IMG/VR virus record: IMGVR_UViG_3300016644_000028
Coordinates: 1 to 30,105 of that record
Direction: 5' to 3' (one strand)
Source of the DNA: a virus
Taxonomy: Duplodnaviria; Caudoviricetes
DNA: 30,105 nt
The notes under the pieces were generated by a model. That model was not told the DNA's origin. It saw nothing but the letters and a program-made list of their open reading frames with translations, and searched no databases. Below are positions 27,901 to 30,105 of the stretch, in pieces. The position numbers and the translations under genes are program-made. Every line of letters starts with the position of its first letter. The first letter of the stretch is position 1.

Positions 27901-30105
27901 GAATGACTTAACTGATATTCAAGATAACACTCTTACAGCTCAAGGTTTGCCTATTAGTGTTGTAAAAACAGCTATTAAAGCTATGAAAGCAGCGATGGTA
28001 GCAGGTAAAATTGCTTCTGAAGTTATTTCTGATGGTATAGATGCTTTAAAAAATACAGATTGGTATAACAAAAAGACTGATGTTGAGAAGGCAAATTTAG
28101 AGCCTTCTTTAGCTAATCTCGTAATAGAGTCTTCTGTTAGAAATGAAGGTAAATCTATGGCTAAAGCTGAAGAGAAGAAGCAAATGGCTTTAACTGAAAA
28201 GATTGCTGATAGAGCAAAAAGAAATATAGTAAAAGCTAGATTAGGAAAATTATCGAAGAACGGTATATTCAGAGGTAAAGCTTCAAAAGTACTTTCTTTA
28301 TCTTCAATAAGACCAAAAGATGCTAAAAAAATACTTCCTAAAGATTTATACGATAAATACGTTGGAGCTATAATTAAATTAGCAGAAAGAGGTTTAACTA
28401 TAAAAGATACAAATATACCTGATTACGAAGCTATTTACGATGAAATAATTCCTTATTTCGAAGAATTTGAAGATAAAAAAGCTACGATACAGGAGAAGAT
28501 TTATAATGGAGAAGATTTGACAGTTGAAGAACAAGCATTCTTTGATAAGAATAAAAAAGAATTCTTTGAAAGTGAATCAAAAAGAGATGAATCTAAGAAT
28601 GAAGAAAAAGAGAAAGAGATAGCTAAAAACAAGCAAGAGTTAAAAGCCCTTAGAAGTAAATTAAGAGATGCATTTAAGAAATCAAATTTAGAGAAAGGTA
28701 GTAAAACATTTGAATATATTGATGTGGCTTCTATGTTGACAGATGAGCAAATTGATTCTATGAGCAACGCTATGCTTAAGAATGCTATAAAGGCATTTAA
28801 TTCTTTTATAAATGATGGTGTAGCTCCTGGATATTTTAGTCAGATATATTCAAACGCTCGTACTTCTAATGTAGAATCAGGTATTTCTGAAATAGACAAG
28901 ACAGCTGAAAAAACAGGTGTATACAAATATAAGATACCTAAATTTGTTGCTGATGTTGCTCAAAGTGTAGAATCTTTTATTTTGAATTTAAGAAGATTAG
29001 ATGCAAAAGAAAAAATGGTGGCAAGGATAGAGAAGTATAGAGGTACTCAAATTGACGCTGCATTAAAGATATACAGAGGAACACCAATATATGATAATGT
29101 TATCGCTCCAATAGCTAAAAAGTTATCATTCTTTTCTTCTGATGTGGAAAAAAGTCTCGAAGAAATGAATTTTGTTTACAAATCATTCTTGAAGAGTTTA
29201 AAAGCTTCTGATGACATTTTTACATCTATTTTAAGAATTAGATACGCTCAACTTTATGTTATGCAACAGTCAAATAAAGGAACTAAATCTGACGTTCCTG
29301 CTATAGAGTACTTTAAAGCTACATTAAAAGCTGATGTTTATAGTGAATCTGAAAATAAAAAGATTTCTGATTTTATAGACTATATTGAATCTAAAGGAGA
29401 AAATTATGACATAAGAGGCGAGCTAACTAAGGCTGAAGGAAACGCAGTGACTGGAATAAGAGCTTTATTGGATTCGAATACAGAATCAGCTTATGAGGAA
29501 AGGGTATTTGGAAATTCTAATGCTTCACCTGTGATAGTGGACTATGTTCCTGTAAATGGAAAAGACCAAATGCCTGATGCTGATATAAATGATTTAGTTA
29601 AAAGATTTGAGAAAGGAAGTTTTGTTTCTGGAAATTTAAAAGAGAAAACAGGAATAGCTCATTCTATAGATTTACATCCTTTTAGTTCTGCCATGTCAAG
29701 TATAATGAGTTCTAAACTTCAATATCATCTTAGAACAGAAGTACTTGCTATAAAGAGAGGTATAAATAATGCTTTAAATGAAGCTAAAGAAAGTGGTAAC
29801 AAGCAAAAAGTAAAATTACTAAGTGCTGTATCTGAAGCTATAGATTCTTACGTTAATGCTATTGTTGTTGGAAATAAGATAAAAGCAACAGCAATGGATA
29901 AAGCAATAGACAATATTGCGACAGTTGTATCTACAGCATTACTTGCATCTGAGACAAGAGCAGCAGCTGAGTTTATAACAAACACACCTGTTCTTTTAGC
30001 TGATGGTCTTCCTATGCTTTTAGAAGGGAGAAAGCTTGTTAGTGATATAAACGAGATTTCTAATGGAAATACAGATGCGTTAAGAGAATTCTTAAAAACA
30101 ATAGA
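24947..30105 (+). CDS. giant putative ejection / internal virion protein (>1719 aa, 3'-truncated)
   Basis: ATG 24947 (MSRIDTNFVKQLY...), no stop in the stretches translated, still in frame at window end; G/A-rich hydrophobic segments near 26500-27000. Absent from track presumably because no stop lies in the window. Confidence 0.8.
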   Translation, partial: MSRIDTNFVKQLYSQAGVELTPEKLDHISNNYSSNEELQSAFELKYGSMNASTPEKKNSDVTSVSTSEVPQSESQQPQKKASSLSVGGKPKKTGASESSTGKGKKVGGKEVKKESKSEDLISKFGIKPGEKIQGAEKKAYEAKRNMPKVGTTKSKSVVSTKPVSENLTKQVEEKYETLSKIPAVTEKLEEGAKLSPDELLTISKQQDLVISQSYDPFISQKKLDDELNEYQFLDGISEGIRSSTNKFFLQPLTEVNKFFGGDKDFTIKKGIPLANEMEEAEKELISEKGIGNFSKEDISEKAKSIFLKNDEMSQKKNATDAYFSSLPEGHSVQRELEIKKKSDVFKLNEDVKKTVQLKQLNDDRILAYNQFLLDIDKKGFATEEDKIKGQELFNLAKKAEEDNVFLRKEYLSNMSKLQKDEEKLELLKYNYNDLDKTREILNNFFKETIGGGLKLLGETREFVFEQTLGRVTDSQYEDPLSMAGDYVMDIGKEWKKGKPEFRMMTLDDVNNWSDAGSWLGQTATEQTGVVAALSIGGPIGLEIISAGSGGDKIKQMEESEKDYSQLQKVLSGWAYYGAEKYTEKYSTFKYIEDLKGSLNTISKESRNLAEKEFKKEVGKVFAGTLAQTQIGASSEALSSLSNSISDIFINGDKMSSSDIAKNIKEAYAAGLVMDGGISSFGALSTFASRELRAISDNKDIKDVREIIDRVESINKELNTNLLLTDSDKKTLQDKANSLSEKAVKIVAKSVDNVGKLSEKEITELLDINKEQSDLKSKLNELNKSAMSSDLKKDQYNDLNSRFIALEEKRNDILKGTYNEFNYLPEEEQTKLKTQATEAIIQEELDKGVEKEKIQEPNAEVINKKAIEIYESNKQTTGQVSEQEKPTITTKAELVDTTQQKTELQSQEKISTTPKTETDAVQEQITDESVLQPKQSEMGLQEMEQGDTKQEVFTKQGEEIFSEIEGKDLSDKTTYDKVYDFLTKIENDLTDIQDNTLTAQGLPISVVKTAIKAMKAAMVAGKIASEVISDGIDALKNTDWYNKKTDVEKANLEPSLANLVIESSVRNEGKSMAKAEEKKQMALTEKIADRAKRNIVKARLGKLSKNGIFRGKASKVLSLSSIRPKDAKKILPKDLYDKYVGAIIKLAERGLTIKDTNIPDYEAIYDEIIPYFEEFEDKKATIQEKIYNGEDLTVEEQAFFDKNKKEFFESESKRDESKNEEKEKEIAKNKQELKALRSKLRDAFKKSNLEKGSKTFEYIDVASMLTDEQIDSMSNAMLKNAIKAFNSFINDGVAPGYFSQIYSNARTSNVESGISEIDKTAEKTGVYKYKIPKFVADVAQSVESFILNLRRLDAKEKMVARIEKYRGTQIDAALKIYRGTPIYDNVIAPIAKKLSFFSSDVEKSLEEMNFVYKSFLKSLKASDDIFTSILRIRYAQLYVMQQSNKGTKSDVPAIEYFKATLKADVYSESENKKISDFIDYIESKGENYDIRGELTKAEGNAVTGIRALLDSNTESAYEERVFGNSNASPVIVDYVPVNGKDQMPDADINDLVKRFEKGSFVSGNLKEKTGIAHSIDLHPFSSAMSSIMSSKLQYHLRTEVLAIKRGINNALNEAKESGNKQKVKLLSAVSEAIDSYVNAIVVGNKIKATAMDKAIDNIATVVSTALLASETRAAAEFITNTPVLLADGLPMLLEGRKLVSDINEISNGNTDALREFLKTI
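25110..25257 (+). other. A10 slippery run and -1-frame coding extension (candidate programmed frameshift)
   Basis: A10 at 25110-25119; -1 frame open 25111-25257: KKKFRCDFSFYFRSSSIGISATTEESKFFIGWRKTKENWGFGIFHWKR*. Confidence 0.55.
27699..27836 (+). CDS. overprinted small basic protein (45 aa) in +1 frame of giant gene
   Basis: MPFKSKSQMKACYSQNNPKWDCKKWSKETPNKKSLPNKVKKSSQK; ATG 27699, TAG 27834-27836. Confidence 0.6.
   Translation: MPFKSKSQMKACYSQNNPKWDCKKWSKETPNKKSLPNKVKKSSQK

Noticed and set aside
98-28767. Short minus-strand ORFs in the track (other than 14578..15501)
   Set aside because: All lie antisense to well-supported + strand genes and lack motifs or promoters.
1-30105. Stop-codon reassignment as in some crAss-like phages
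   Set aside because: Genes are full-length and densely packed under code 11; TAG (16360-16362) and TGA (6996-6998) act as stops; no tRNA seen.

Overview
AT-rich segment of a tailed dsDNA phage of Bacteroidota (Flavobacteriia-like), standard genetic code, almost entirely + strand. Order: putative holin (partial), M15 endolysin, ferritin-like DUF5856-type protein, two fibre-like proteins with accessory ORFs, putative spanin-like membrane protein, tandem GroES-like co-chaperonin, terminase large subunit, portal, scaffold, major capsid protein, an antisense GIY-YIG/NUMOD homing endonuclease, ring/adaptor proteins, a large tail nozzle/stabilisation protein, a GNAT-like protein and three putative DNA-ejection proteins; the last is a >1700-aa ORF (24947 to window end) missing from the ORF track. 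Architecture is podovirus-like (crAss-like/phi38:1-like; family not assignable by eye). Main unexplained signals: the giant gene looks multiply coded (an A10 slippery run opening a 45-aa aromatic beta-strand tail in the -1 frame, and small basic ORFs overprinted in +1); the last ~23 capsid codons are abruptly recoded next to the homing endonuclease; the terminase carries a duplicated N-terminal module. All calls are by eye, without database searches.
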